Counted from the first letter of the stretch, positions 25,933 to 38,669 are shown. The stretch: 52,677 bases of DNA from Octopus bimaculoides (GCF_001194135.2 NC_068984.1:27896887-27949563), one strand, 5' to 3'. The notes: generated from the letters alone by a model not told the origin. Program-made: numbers and translations.

Positions 25933-25970
25933 TTAATATAAGCGAATTCATCTTCAAAACCACAACCCAC
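25933..25970 (+). CDS. Candidate small exon (38 nt)
   Basis: Acceptor ttgctgatttcag|, donor |gtaagt. Single open frame (V)NISEFIFKTTTH. No homology recognised. Confidence 0.2.
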
Positions 25971-26438
25971 GTAAGTTACCTGACCACCTACGCCACCAAC
26001 TACAGGGTCAATTAAAAAGCTTCAAACACCATTAAATACCCTAACCGACAATTAGATACTCTAACCGATACTAATGAATGCTTTGACTAACGCCAAACGC
26101 CATATGCTTATGTATTATGCGTTCATTACAAAGAAATATCATTGGTTAGTCATCAATTGTTCTTAATTACATACATATTACGTTCTTTTAGTTACAACGA
26201 AGCTTTCTTGTAATATCACAAACGGCATACAGTATTTATAATCCAAGGTTTTAACTCCTCTAAAAACTCAAGAGTTTTATGCTTAACTGATTAAGTGAAA
26301 CACATTATCCATATTAGGATAAGCATCAGGATTAAACTTAAAATTCAGAGAATGGCATATTTTCTATCATATAATAGTCTTCTTTTATCATTCATCTTAA
26401 ATATACTTTTTTGTCCTTGTGTGCAAGAGTTATGAACG

Positions 26439-26479
<41 letters not shown>

Positions 26480-26483
<4 letters not shown>

Positions 26484-26640
26484 AAAATGGGACAAGAACG
26501 CAAAACATCCAGATAGTTAGGTGATACAAAAAAAGGGACAACAAAACATCCAGATAGACGATACAAAGAAAACAAGGACGGGTCATTCGGAGTCTTCTAT
26601 CCTCAGTCGAGTTCCAGATTATCTTTGCAATTTCAGCTGG
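26480..26640. repeat. Unclassified repeat-like segment after (TA)n, with an internal duplication
   Basis: caaaacatccagatag occurs twice within ~45 bp. Confidence 0.5.
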
Positions 26641-26984
26641 TTATATATATACACACACACATACAGATGTACATACACTTTTATATGTATGTATGTATTT
26701 TTTGTGTTTGTATGTATAAGCGAATGTTTGTTGTATATTTGCATATGAACATGTGTTTATTTTTATGCTGTTAGATCTCTCTAAGTGAATATTTTATTAT
26801 AACAAACTTATATTTATTTTAATTAAATTTATTTTATAATTAATTAATTTAATATCGATGCATATGTTTTCCTTCTAACTTAAGTTAATTTTGATTTAAC
26901 ATTTTCTTCGATTTTACATATAACTTTGAAATCGGATCTCTTCAATTTCACTCATAGATTTTTAAATTATTCTTTTTCTTAACT

Positions 26985-27190
26985 AAACAGTTTGAAGCTT
27001 CCTATACTGGTATAATTTCACACGCTAAACAAGGTTTACTTTCAACATTTTTGACAAAATTTCGTATTTTAGAAGTTATTTCGTGATAAATTTGTCGTAT
27101 TTGGGTAATTTTAACCAATCAACGACGTGTATTCAGTCGAAGAAAGCTACGGCTGTTTGCGATTGTAATCGAAGAGCAACAACTTCCGGG
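26985..27190 (+). mobile_element. Solo diverged arm of the foldback family at 29187-30168
   Basis: gaagttatttcgtgataaatttgtcgtatttgggtaattttaaccaatcaacgacgtgtattcag matches the left arm at ~29300-29365. Confidence 0.8.
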
Positions 27191-27197
27191 TCTCTAC

Positions 27198-27318
27198 TAC
27201 TTTGTCTTTCATTCTTTCGAGATCGATAAATTAAGTACCAGTTGCGTATTGAGTCGATCTAATCGACTGGACTCCTTCCAAAAAAGTTCGGACTTTGTGC
27301 CTAGAGTAGTAAAGAATA
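27198..27318 (+). mobile_element. SINE family A 3' fragment
   Basis: tcgataaattaagtaccagttgcgtattgagtcgatctaatcgact...gtgcctagagtagtaaagaat. Confidence 0.85.
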
Positions 27319-27492
27319 TTTTATTCTGAGACTTGAGACAGTCATAACTTCCAAATAAGGTGGGCTGTGATCGGATGGTGAGGAAGGCTTGCTGTCAAGT
27401 GATCATGTGATGGAATTAAAATAGTGGTGGCTACTGACAACTACTTAATGTGGAGAAACTAGACCGATAGCCTGGAGTAGTCACCCTTGCTT

Positions 27493-27879
27493 CACAAACG
27501 AAAAACAGATACAATATGGAAAGTTAAAAGATATATGTTAAATGCACCGATGAACGGAAAACACACAGAGGAGGTCCTTAATTTCTCATCAGTTATCGAC
27601 CAGAGGGTATGACGCAATTTCGTGCCTTTAATGATAAGTTTGCTTCCCTACTGGAGGCATCTGTAAGAGTTGCTGAGAATATTGGACCGATAACAAACAA
27701 ACAATAAATGGATAACAAAGGATACATAAATGGACATACGTTAAAGGCAATAACTGATGAGGAATTAAAGACCTGTGTCTGTTTTCCGTTCGTCTGTGCA
27801 TTTGGTATATGTTTTCCATTCGTCTGTATTTTAATATATGCTCTTTAACTTGCCATTTTGTGTCTGTTTTTCACTTGTG
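27493..27879. mobile_element. Foldback/MITE-like element with ~100-130 bp imperfect inverted arms
   Basis: Left arm 27493-27596 (gaaaaacagatacaatatggaaagttaaa...ccttaatttctcatcagttat) is the reverse complement of the right arm 27750-27879. TSD not found. Confidence 0.7.
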
Positions 27880-28730
27880 CATTTACTACTAATTTACCAA
27901 CTCAGAACGTAAAGAGAGACGACATAATTAAATATTCTAATGATCAAATGTATTTCCTTCATTCAACTGAGGAACTTCAAGTGATACATTTCTGAATCAA
28001 ACTGCTAATATTAATATTTAAACATCGTATCTTGTGTTGAGTGTTCTTTTTGTTTGCATACGTTGTACATATAATTGAATGGATAGAGATTTTAACAAGA
28101 TTTGTCGGACGTTTAATGCAGCAATTTTTGTTTGTAAGAATGCGAATTTACAGACATTATATGTACTTAATATTTTGTTGAGATACATACATTAGTACAA
28201 GTAAAAAGATAATCGTAGTGACGGAGACACAAATATAGTTAGAACAAGTCCGGTGCCAAGAACTGAACCTGAGCAAGTGGGATACAGCCGAGATGAGATT
28301 GTTTGGGGAGAATGTTCACATTGCCATTTTGTAAGCGTCTTGCCGGAAGTCATACAGCAGAAATTCTCTGAAACATTACGGCATCAGGAAGTATTTGTTA
28401 TTGTCAAAACAATCGACGAAAAGATATGAAATTCGGGTTAACACAGGGATGTATTGCTAAAGGCAGAAAGTGATATTGCCATAACGTGAAAGTAAGAGAA
28501 AAAGATAACAATTAATATCAGTACTACTATAACCAACCAAGCTGATAATATATGTGTCAAGACTCCTCTAATCATCCACCGAATATCTTGAAAATATTGG
28601 TTGTTATCTTAAGAAAAAGAATATTAAATAGATTTGACGATAAATATATTTTCGTCCAGACAGCAGAAATGACTAAAGAATAGCAACTACAATGAAAATG
28701 TAGAATCCTACCCAAGCAACACGGTATAAA

Positions 28731-29053
28731 TGGCATACCGTTGGCTACGACGATAAGTGCTCCAGTCGATCCGATCAACGGAAAAACTTGCTGCTGAAAT
28801 TAACGTGCAAGTGGCTAGGCATTCTACAGACACGCGTATCCTTAATATAATTCTTATGGAGATTCTGCATTGCACAGAATGGGTCATGGTCGGCCCTTTG
28901 AATTACATGTACAACTCATTTTTGCCAGCTGAGTGGACCGGAGAAACGTGAAATAAAGTGTTTTGCTCAAGGGCACAGCACACGGCCCGGAATCGAACAC
29001 ATATCCTTTCGATCGTGAGTCGAATACTTTAACCACTAAGTCACGCGTCTTCA
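28731..29053 (-). mobile_element. tRNA-derived SINE family C, near full length
   Basis: Head cttagtggttaaagtattcgactcacgatcg...gttcgattccgggccg, then cttgagcaaaacactttatttcac...ccactcagctggcaaaaatgag. Confidence 0.85.
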
Positions 29054-29186
29054 CATACGATATACACCGACGCCTAAAATAATAATAAAAAGCAGATATA
29101 AACTGATCTTACCAAGTATACAGTAAATATATACTAACAAGGACTGCAAGAAAATTAGTACCCGTATTTAACAAACGTTTCCCAAC

Positions 29187-30168
29187 TGGGCAGCTCGATT
29201 AATTAATTTTCATTAACTAAACACTTTGAAACTTCGGATACTGGTAGAATGTGTCATATAGAACATCTTTTAGCGTTGTTGAGAAATGTTTCTATTTTCG
29301 AAGTTATTTCGTGTTAAATTTGTCGTATTTCGGTAATTTCAACTAATCAATGACGTGTATTCAGTTGAATAAAATTACTGCTGTTGTTTGTCAACAACAA
29401 CTATCAGCGGTGTATATTTCGTTTGTCACTGTTATTTACGACATCGTTCGTACTGGTTTTAGCTTTAAAAAAATTTGCAACAATTTTCTACTTAGGGTTA
29501 GGGTTAGGGTTTTTAGAGTTAGGGTTAAGGTTAGGGTTTTAGGGTTAGGGTTTCAGGGCTACAGTTAGGGTTAGAGTTAGAGTTTTAGGATTAGGGTTAG
29601 GTTTAGNNNNNNNNNNNNNNNNNNNNNNNNNNNNNNNNNNNNNNNNNNNNNNNNNNNNNNNNNNNNNNNNNNNNNNNNNNNNNNNNNNNNNNNNNNNNNN
29701 NNNNNNNNNNNNNNNNNNNNNNNNNNNNNNNNNNNNNNNNNNNNNNNNNNNNNNNNNNNNNNNNNNNNNNNNNNNNNNNNNNNNNNNNNNNTGAAAAACA
29801 GGAAAAAAAACCTAAAATAGAAATGCACGAACGATTATGGTGGTGTCATGAAATAAACGTGCTTCAGATACACTCGTTTATTCATACGAACGTAACTGAG
29901 ATGAAATATGTCATAAATAACAGTGACAAGAGAAATATACACCGCCGGAAGTTGTTGTTGACAAACAACAGCAGTAATTTTATCCCGCTGAATACACGTC
30001 ATTGATTAGTTGAAATTACCGAAACACAACTTTAACACGAAATAACTTTGAAAATAGAAATTTTTCTCAACAACGCTAAGAGTAAAAGATGTTCTATATG
30101 GCACATTCTACCAGTATCCGAAGTTTCAAAGTGTTTAGTTAAAGAAAATTTATTAATTGAGTTGCCCA
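29187..30168. mobile_element. Foldback element: ~260-bp inverted arms around a telomeric-repeat core
   Basis: Arm 29187-29444 is the reverse complement of arm 29908-30168, sharing long identical runs (ttaactaaacactttgaaacttcggatactggtagaatgtg; ggtaatttcaactaatcaatgacgtgtattcag). Centre partly in N-gap 29607-29791. Confidence 0.9.
29492..29606 (+). repeat. Degenerate interstitial telomeric repeat (TTAGGG)n
   Basis: ttagggttagggttagggtt...ttagggttaaggttagggttttagggttaggg, continuing into the gap. Confidence 0.92.
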
Positions 30169-30458
30169 TCAAAAGGAAAAGATCCCTTACGTTTAGTATA
30201 AATTATACGATATAATATTACAATATTAATAACAATTATTTTAAAGAAACAATTTAAACTGTTTGGTTTCAAGTGTTTAAAAATATTACTTTGTTTATAC
30301 ATTCGTATTGCATGACCATTGATGCATTCGTAGTGCATGATTCTTGATGTGAAAACGTGTGTTGAAACATGTCTTTGTATTTCAGGAGAGTCGTTTTACC
30401 GATAAAAAAATACACGTACCGTTCTGGTTCACTTCTTTTATTATTATCCATTAATTGA

Positions 30459-30660
30459 AAGGCAGCGAGCTGGCAGAATCATTTGCACGCGTCAAGCATT
30501 TTTGTCTGTCTTGCTGTTCAAATGGCGCCGAGGTCAACTTTGCCGTTCATTCTTTCGGAGTTGATGAAATAAATAACTGTCAGGTACTAGGATCGATGTA
30601 ATCGACTAGCCCACTTTCCCAATATTTCAGGCCTTATGCCTATAGTGGAAAGGGTTACTA
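30459..30660 (+). mobile_element. SINE family A, diverged copy
   Basis: aaggcagcgagctggcagaatc...gaggtcaactttgcc...gatcgatgtaatcgactagccc. Confidence 0.85.
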
Positions 30661-31683
30661 TCTAATTATTAACCAATTAACCGATAAATTAATCGACAGG
30701 TTCATTAACCATTCGATCAATCAATTACCTCGTTTGTCAGAATCTTTTCGTAGCCATTTATGACGTCATCAACGATATGCTCTCGTTACTTCATGTCTCT
30801 CTCGTTGCCTCCAAGCTTTTGTTGCTGTGATTATACTTTGGGGATGTATGAGAGTGAGTGCGTGTGTGTGATTGCGTGAGTGTGTATTGTGGTGAGTCTG
30901 TGAAGGGATATGTGTGTCGGGTGTGTTTTTTTTTAATGTTTGTGTGAACAGGTGTTGTGTACGTATGTCTACGCATGTATGTGTGCCCATATGTGTGAAT
31001 AAGAGTATAGGATTCTCCTTGTCGCTCTTTATTTTACGACAGTCTTACCCTTTTTCTTATATTTCATAAGGGAAGGATTTGTTTTTTAATAAATGAACAC
31101 AAAAAATAAAAGGCATATAAGAATCATTCCAGAATACTCATAAATTGGGTAGGAGAACATTTGACTCCGTCGACTGCGGTCGATAGCGGGCCTGGTTGAT
31201 ACTTTGTCCCTCGATCTCATTCTCAGATATATATGCATACATACACACAAAGCCTCTTTCCCTTTTTCTATATACCTCCCTAATATTTACCTAACTACTT
31301 AGTTTATCAGTAGTTTACCAGCAAATCAGTGCATGAAAATAACTATCTCCGCTACTCTATAGTTCCCCAGCAGATGCTCATATCCGATACAACTTTTAAC
31401 AATAAACGCGAGAAGAATCGAAAGCAGCAGTTACTCTTTCACTCGTCTCTTTTGTTAAAACAATTTATTTATTTTATGCTAATATATTATTGGCTGAAAA
31501 ATAAATTCTGCTTGCTTGTTGACCTGGCCGATGAAATTTACATATTTTCAGCGAACGTTTTGAGAATAAAATGACTATGGCATTTTTTTGTGTGTAATCA
31601 AATTATGACGAATTTTTCGTTACAATGAATTTTTTTTATATATCATGATGTTCGCTCTAAATGAATTTTAACTGCATATTTAT

Positions 31684-31785
31684 ATAGGCGCAAGAATGGC
31701 TATGTAGTTAAGAAGTTTGCTTCACAGATACGTTCTTATTTAATCTGATTCCATTGTGTGACATTTTAGGCAAGCGCTTTCTCCT
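31684..31785 (+). mobile_element. SINE family B head, old copy
   Basis: aggcgcaagaatggctatgtagttaagaagtttgcttc...gtgacattttaggcaag. Confidence 0.6.
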
Positions 31786-31799
31786 AAAACTTTACGTTG

Positions 31800-31803
31800 A
31801 CCA

Positions 31804-31837
<34 letters not shown>

Positions 31838-33140
31838 ATTCACACATACCTCCCATACACCTAACACATACACCTCCCACACACCTTACATATATACCGC
31901 CCACACACATGACAAACATACATGCGCGCCCTCACACACACATATAGACGAACGCACATATATACACACACACACACACGCACAGTGGTAGAGACACACA
32001 CACACGCACAGTGGTAGAGACACACACCTACTTACACAGGCCTACACACACACACAAACACACACACACAAACACACACACACACACATATATATACGCG
32101 CACGCCTACATACACGTACATACACAGCCACATACATATGCACACACACACACACAGGAGTGCACAAAATAACACACATACCTGGCACACATCCTTACGC
32201 TCTCACACACATACGCACGCACACACACATAAACATACACATACACACACGCACACACACACATCTCACATACACAAACACATACATACACGTACACACA
32301 TACACATATACACACATGCACACACGCACACACACCTCTCACATACACAACACACACTCACACAAACACGCATACAGCTACACACACAAGGGGCATAAAT
32401 GACACACGCACTTGCACGCACGTACGCAAGCAAACACATGCACACACACACACACACACACAGGAACGCACATATACACAATATACACACACACGCACAT
32501 GGACACACATAAACACACACGCACACTTACCTAACACTCACAATCCCACACACACACGCACATCCACACACATACACACACACACCCACATACACATACA
32601 CGCGCACGCACACCTCTCACCAACACAACACACTCACACAAGACACGCATACAATCACACACACATGGGCATAAACAACACACGCACACACACGTACACA
32701 GCAACGCACATATACACAACATACACATACACACAAACACACACGCACGCACAAAAACATACACATACACACACGCGCACGTACAAAATACACACACACA
32801 CGTACCCANNNNNNNNNNNNNNNNNNNNNNNNNNNNNNNNNNNNNNNNNNNNNNNNNNNNNNNNNNNNNNNNNNNNNNNNNNNNNNNNNNNNNNNNNNNN
32901 NNNNNNNNNNNNNNNNNNNNNNNNNNNNNNNNNNNNNNNNNNNNNNNNNNNNNNNNNNNNNNNNNNNNNNNNNNNNNNNNNNNNNNNNNNNNNNNNNNNN
33001 NNNNNNNNNNNNNNNNNNNNNNNNNNNNNNNNNNNNNNNNNNNNNNNNNNNNNNNNNNNNNNNNNNNNNNNNNNNNNNNNNNNNNNNNNNNNNNNNNNNN
33101 NNNNCACACACTTGCAGACCCTCGCGCACGCACACATATT
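31800..33140. repeat. ~1.3 kb degenerate CA-rich simple repeat with a gap
   Basis: Direct reading; N-run at 32809-33104. Confidence 0.9.
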
Positions 33141-33277
33141 CACCTCCCTTTTTCACTCTCCTGTCTTAGAAAGAACTTTTCCTCCACCACCTCCTCTTCT
33201 GGTCCTTCCACAATGTAACCTCGTGGGCATCGGTGCCGATTTTTTCTTCCTCTGTTTTTCCATTCTTTGAACTTTCC

Positions 33278-33315
33278 GTCTTTCCGACGAAGGGCTCCGC
33301 CCGAAACGTCATACA
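33278..33315 (+). ncRNA. Second copy of the minimal hammerhead motif (core variant CCGACGA)
   Basis: CCGACGA A GGGC tcc GCCC GAAA C GTC. Flanks resemble those of the 16.2 kb copy. Confidence 0.6.
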
Positions 33316-33644
33316 CTCTCTCTCTCTTTCCTTTCCCGAGCGTCTAATAACACTATCCGTATCACGTCCTCACTTTGTTGTTTTTTTGTTATTGTTTTTT
33401 GTCTTTTTTAGAACTTATATATATATATACAAGAGTTTGATTCAGCTCCACCTGATTTTAAAGTTTCGTAGGATACGTACATTCATCAGATTCTGGGATC
33501 AGAGTGAGAATTTTGAGAGAAATTCATGTCAGCTTCTAGGTGTTTAGGCCTCTCTTGACCAGCTAGGTAATATGACTTTGTTATCAAAGCGATATCAGTT
33601 ATTTTCTTAATTTTGGGCCTAAAGTCCGGATAAGATATTGACAG

Positions 33645-33670
33645 GGTGCTGGCGCCACCATGGCGGCAGA
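33645..33670 (+). promoter_or_regulatory. Promoter/start-like motif GCGCCACCATGGCGGC (Kozak-like; ATGGCG YY1-like core)
   Basis: ATG at 33660; the ORF is only 21 aa (MAADFNIMQRTTSVPYIGCHT*). Lies just left of the CpG-poor domain. Confidence 0.3.
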
Positions 33671-34113
33671 CTTCAACATAATGCAAAGAACGACATCAGT
33701 ACCTTATATTGGATGTCACACATAGTAGCATGGAGTGTTGGCGCATATCAGTTGCTCAGTCGCCTTCAGTAATGCACGAACAATTTAGCAGCAGTAGTCT
33801 CTACGTAGGATTAAACAAATGTATTGATGTTCGCTTACAATTTAGATTGCATAACAAACATGCGTGGGTTGTAGTCTATACGGGTCTATAGGGATTAAAA
33901 TTTTACCTTTGTGTGTAGAACAACTAAGCGTAGGGTGAAATATCTAGATTGTCAGGTGCTAGCGGCTAAAAGTTCGTTAACAAAGTGTACTTCTGATGGC
34001 AACAATAAGATAGTTCATTTTCCCAATTCACGGATGCTGCTGGTTGGTGGAGCATGTAACATCTGCCAAATGCGTTACGTGCTATTTTCTTTCGATTGTT
34101 CACTCATATCTAT

Positions 34114-34153
<40 letters not shown>

Positions 34154-35581
34154 TTAATTTGGGTAAATATATCTGTTAAAATGAGATGTCAGTGTTATTT
34201 TCATTTTTGCGTAATTTAGATGATAATTTATTCAACGTATCCTATGTGTGTGTGCGTGTGTGTGTGTGTGTGTATGTGTTACAATATATGGATTCAAGTA
34301 ATCTGGTAGTACTCATAAAAAAGCTCTTTAATAGATCATTCTACAAAACATATGGAACATATAGTAGTTACTTTTTAATTATATTACTTCCATTTATTAC
34401 ACAATCGTCTTATCATTCTATATGAATTTTATTATTATTGTTTTCTATAACTTTTAACGTTCTATTTGAATATTGACTTTGCATTCTTGAAACCTTACGT
34501 CAAGACTTTAGTATCTAACAATGATTTTTTTTTCCACCTGAAGACGTAGCTTAATTTCTGCATTTTTTAAAGTATTTTTTGTACATGTAAGTAATTTATT
34601 TATTATTAAATATAGTAAGATAAACTATATTTACATGCTTTAAGTAATGAAACAATTTGTCATGATATCTGAATTTTCTAATAGTTAAATAAATTTCCTC
34701 ACACTATTTCTCTCGCCATTTATAACTTTATATGTGTGTGTGTGTGGGGGGGGAAGAATATGTGTGTGAGCGTTTGTCTCTGTATTTCATGACAGTGATA
34801 CTGTTTGGTAATGGTTACATTTAATTATGGCTTCCATATATTTTCCATAGCCTGGTATGTGAAGAACATAAATAGATTAAAAAGTACATTACTTCAAATA
34901 AAAGCAACGGTTAGCAACAGGGGAAAATATCCAGTGGTTAGAACAGCCTTGAAAAATTTAGTTCAAGTCATGCCTGCATGAAATAAGCAAACGTGAAACA
35001 ATCTATTGCACACACAAACACACATGTTTGAGATTGTGTACGTTTGTATTTACATATTTGTAAGGATATATGTGTGTATGTGTATATGTATGTATACATG
35101 TATGTGTGAGCACATGTATATGTATAAATGAATGTATGAATATGTGTATATTTGTGGGTAAGTATGCAGATGAATGTGTCCACATGCATATGAGAGTATG
35201 AAAATGTTAATGTTTGTATATCTTTCCTATCATAACCACAGCAACTTCTAAATGTTAAATTTTTCTATGAAATATTTCTGTTTTACATTTTACATTGCTA
35301 TTTATAAATTTTTATTTTAAGAATTTAATCATTTATTTAGTTGTTTTTATTGCTTCTATTGAATTGGCATTTTTGCTCCCAGCTATATTTTGCTATTCTC
35401 ACATTAGTTAATATCCTTCTTTACATATGAATCCATAGTATAGTTCTTGAATGGTAATTTAAACTAAATATAAAACAAATCTTTTTCATTTGACAGTATT
35501 CAAAGCAAACTGAACATCCACAGTTCTAATTTTATTTCAATTATTCCTCTGTCCACTCCATATTCTTAAGTTATTTTTCAG

Positions 35582-35696
35582 ATCTTTTATTTGAAAATCT
35601 AATTTTGCATTGATATAATGATTAGCAATTTCATGCAAATATACATACAACATCAATATGGCCGCAGGAAAATATCACAGAGGAATGTACTGCTAG
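35582..35696 (+). CDS. Candidate exon with possible start codon
   Basis: Acceptor ttatttttcag|, consensus donor AG|GTAAGT. ATG at 35618 opens MISNFMQIYIQHQYGRRKISQRNVLL, ending in phase 1. Product unknown. Confidence 0.3.
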
Positions 35697-38669
35697 GTAA
35701 GTACAAATATAACAGAGCCTCAGATATGCAACATATTGATTTGAAAAATTAAGATTAACTGAGTTTATCCAAGATCTTAATAGGCAACACCTTCCTGAAT
35801 GGTGTTAAAAATCAAAAAGCAATAGACAAGGAGATAACTCCAATAAAATCCACCAACTGAACTTTTTAGAAAATATGCACAATTCAGATGGATAAAAGAT
35901 ATATCTTGATCTTATTTGATTTCATCAGTGAAGAATATTCTATGCAGGAGGGAATGAACAGGGGCTAACATTTTAGTCTTGTCAGAAATGACTTCTCAAT
36001 TGGAACCAAAGATTGCTGCCTTTTTTGTTCACTTTTATCTTCTTTTTTGTTATATGTGGCAAATGATGAAGTATCATAAGTATCCAGATATTATAAGACC
36101 TAATAAAACTCATGGAAAATGGGATGTAAAATGAAGATGATGATGAGAAGGAGATGAGAAAGATAGAGGAGGCGAAGGGGGGAGGGGGGGGGTGAATACA
36201 GAATACATGGAGGCAGATTATATGATGATATGCAGTTGTAATTTTTTAATAAGAAATTTCAGCAAAGTTGAAGGTATGGTGAGGAAATTGAAAAAGTCAA
36301 TACTTTGAAAAGAAATACCTTTTGTATTATTTATTCCATCTGAGTTTGTTCCATCCAAATTGTACAGACAATACTACAAACATATTACAAAGATGTGTGC
36401 ACCACACCACTGTGACATCCACAACACAAGATATAGTCATAGCTAACTGATGGATAAACATATTTAGAACAATCATAGATACTATGACTTACAGAAAGAA
36501 ATAACAACAATGGTGCACAAACAGTGCATATAATTAATCATGGCCTATGTTAGTTCTGCCTGGGATTCAGTGTCTGCTCATCAAATTACTATAATATCAA
36601 AAGTACACAAAATGGCATCCTGCACATTATAACATGTACAAACTACCAAAATACTAAATATGTAAAATGACCTGGGGCATAGATTGTTGCCACAGTAACT
36701 TTTACTCCCCACAGTTTCTACTACTTCAGGATAAACCATGTCCAAAGACTATCTATCAGCCCAGAGCACTACCATAATAGCATTCTAAAAAGGCCAAGTT
36801 CTCCTACACAGCCTAAATAAAATAACAACAATATTGATAGCTTCACTGGTACCAAACATTGTGTTGGTATGCACAGCAGCAAAATGAGTGCAGAGAATAC
36901 CAAGTGTTGCATCTTGGTTGAGTCCTTTTTGACTGCCTATGTTGTGACCTCCACCACAATCTGTAGGCATCCAAAAATATGAAAGGAAACTAACCTATGC
37001 AAAATGTCTAGATTGTAACACTGCACCACATATGATTTTTATTTCTCTATAGTGAAGTGTTGCTGTATGATCTTCAATTAGATAAAATGTAACATGGCTA
37101 GGAGTACGTGAATCATACCTCATCATTTGGCATTTTACATGTCATAAAAATGATAAATTAGGATCGATGTGGGACTACACAATGACAACTATTAATTAAT
37201 AACAAATTATTAATTTTTCCAACTCCAAGATCATAATCAACTTTGTCAATATTATACTCTAGAATGTTCTGTAGTGAGAAGAGATAAAATAACCAGTAAA
37301 GTATTAGGCTACCTGCTTTAAGTTAATGATTTTAAATCAACCACTCATATGTCTAGGCTGAATACAATTTCTTTGTAACTTCAGTTCACCTGGCTGCCAA
37401 GAAGCGTCAGTAGATCACAAACAAATAGTATCTAGAATTTATCAAATAGTATCTAAAAGAAATTTATCTTTCATCCAGTTAAAGCCATCAAACTAGCACT
37501 GTTAATCACTGTTACTCAAAAAGCTTTTCAGGGTCCAAAAGGTATATACATTATTATTACATTACCCTATAATCTGTTGTAGAGATGAATTGAGTTCAGA
37601 AGACTGTTACTTGGATTTTACTCCTACTTGTAGCAATTTCACTTAAAATTCATTCTAATTGCTTTAAAAATGGTAACAACTTCAGTCATATTTTTTTATC
37701 TTACATAAATCAGAAATCATTCACTAATGATAGGAATTTATCAGTTATGTTATGAGAGAAGGGAAGGCTTAGATGAAATGGTAAAGACTTGGCTGAATGT
37801 TTTGTTGGATTAAATATAATCCAAAAGTGAGAGATAGAATAAATGTCAGACAAGTAGAAGGATTCATTTAATTAACTTTCTAATAGTCAAACTTTTGGAA
37901 GATCAAATATACAACTGGCAACTCTTTTCTATCACAAAACTCAGGTTAATAGTCTTATCATTATTGACAGAGCTTCTAAACAACATACATTTCACAGATT
38001 AATAATGATTCAGCCATATGCAGAATTAGATTTTGTAATGCTGCCGACCTTTTCACAGATAAGAACAAAAGAAAAAGCAAATTGACCTGTGTTGAATCCA
38101 CAACATACTATCTGCTGTGGACAATCCATTATGGAAACAGAAGATAGTGTCAAAAAGAGAAGAGAGAATTCAATCAATGTTATTCATCTTCTATAAGTTG
38201 TCCTTCAGTATTTTCATTTCTGTTTGCCATCATAACTAAAGCTATACTGAAACATTACCTTGGGCTAATATAAGAAATTATTCTTGTTGCAAATATTATA
38301 ATCAATGGAATCACTGCTAACATCTTTATCACCTTCACCTCACTGCTGAAACAACAACCACTACCTCCTCAATATGAGGGATTATGGTGTCAATGCAAAT
38401 AACATACATTTTATCTTCACATTTGATTGAATAATATTGAGAAAGACTGATAAACTTGCAATTATTTATCTAAGGGAGGTCAATGAACTCAACAAAACTG
38501 ACCAAAATTCATGAGTTCAAATTGTGACTGACAAGTTATATATCTGCTAACCTATATAACAAGTCAAAATGTACCTATGTATCTATTAACCCATGTAACA
38601 AGTCAAAATGTGCACTGATGTTTGTCCTCCAACTAGGCACATTATTCAGCTTAATAAAGATGGAACCAT

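Noticed and set aside
26575-26615. Minus-strand ctgagga...ccgaatgacccgtc as a hammerhead
   Set aside because: No GAAA (GAAT instead) and no valid stem II.
27751-27790. ctgatgag in the foldback arm as a hammerhead core
   Set aside because: No downstream stem II or GAAA.
28205-28430. ~75-codon open frame / possible RTE endonuclease remnant
   Set aside because: No start codon, no splice signals and only vague similarity.
30269-30451. YFFIGKTT as a GIY-YIG motif
   Set aside because: The surrounding conserved R/E/H residues and RT context are missing.
31380-31560. Possible PLE 3' end with a decayed ccgatga...cgaacgtt motif
   Set aside because: Core mutated, stems absent and protein similarity too weak.
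36680-36970. Minus-strand ORF with THF, VVILFR and TIYAP, resembling a LINE AP-endonuclease
   Set aside because: Only scattered short matches, insufficient to call without an HMM search.
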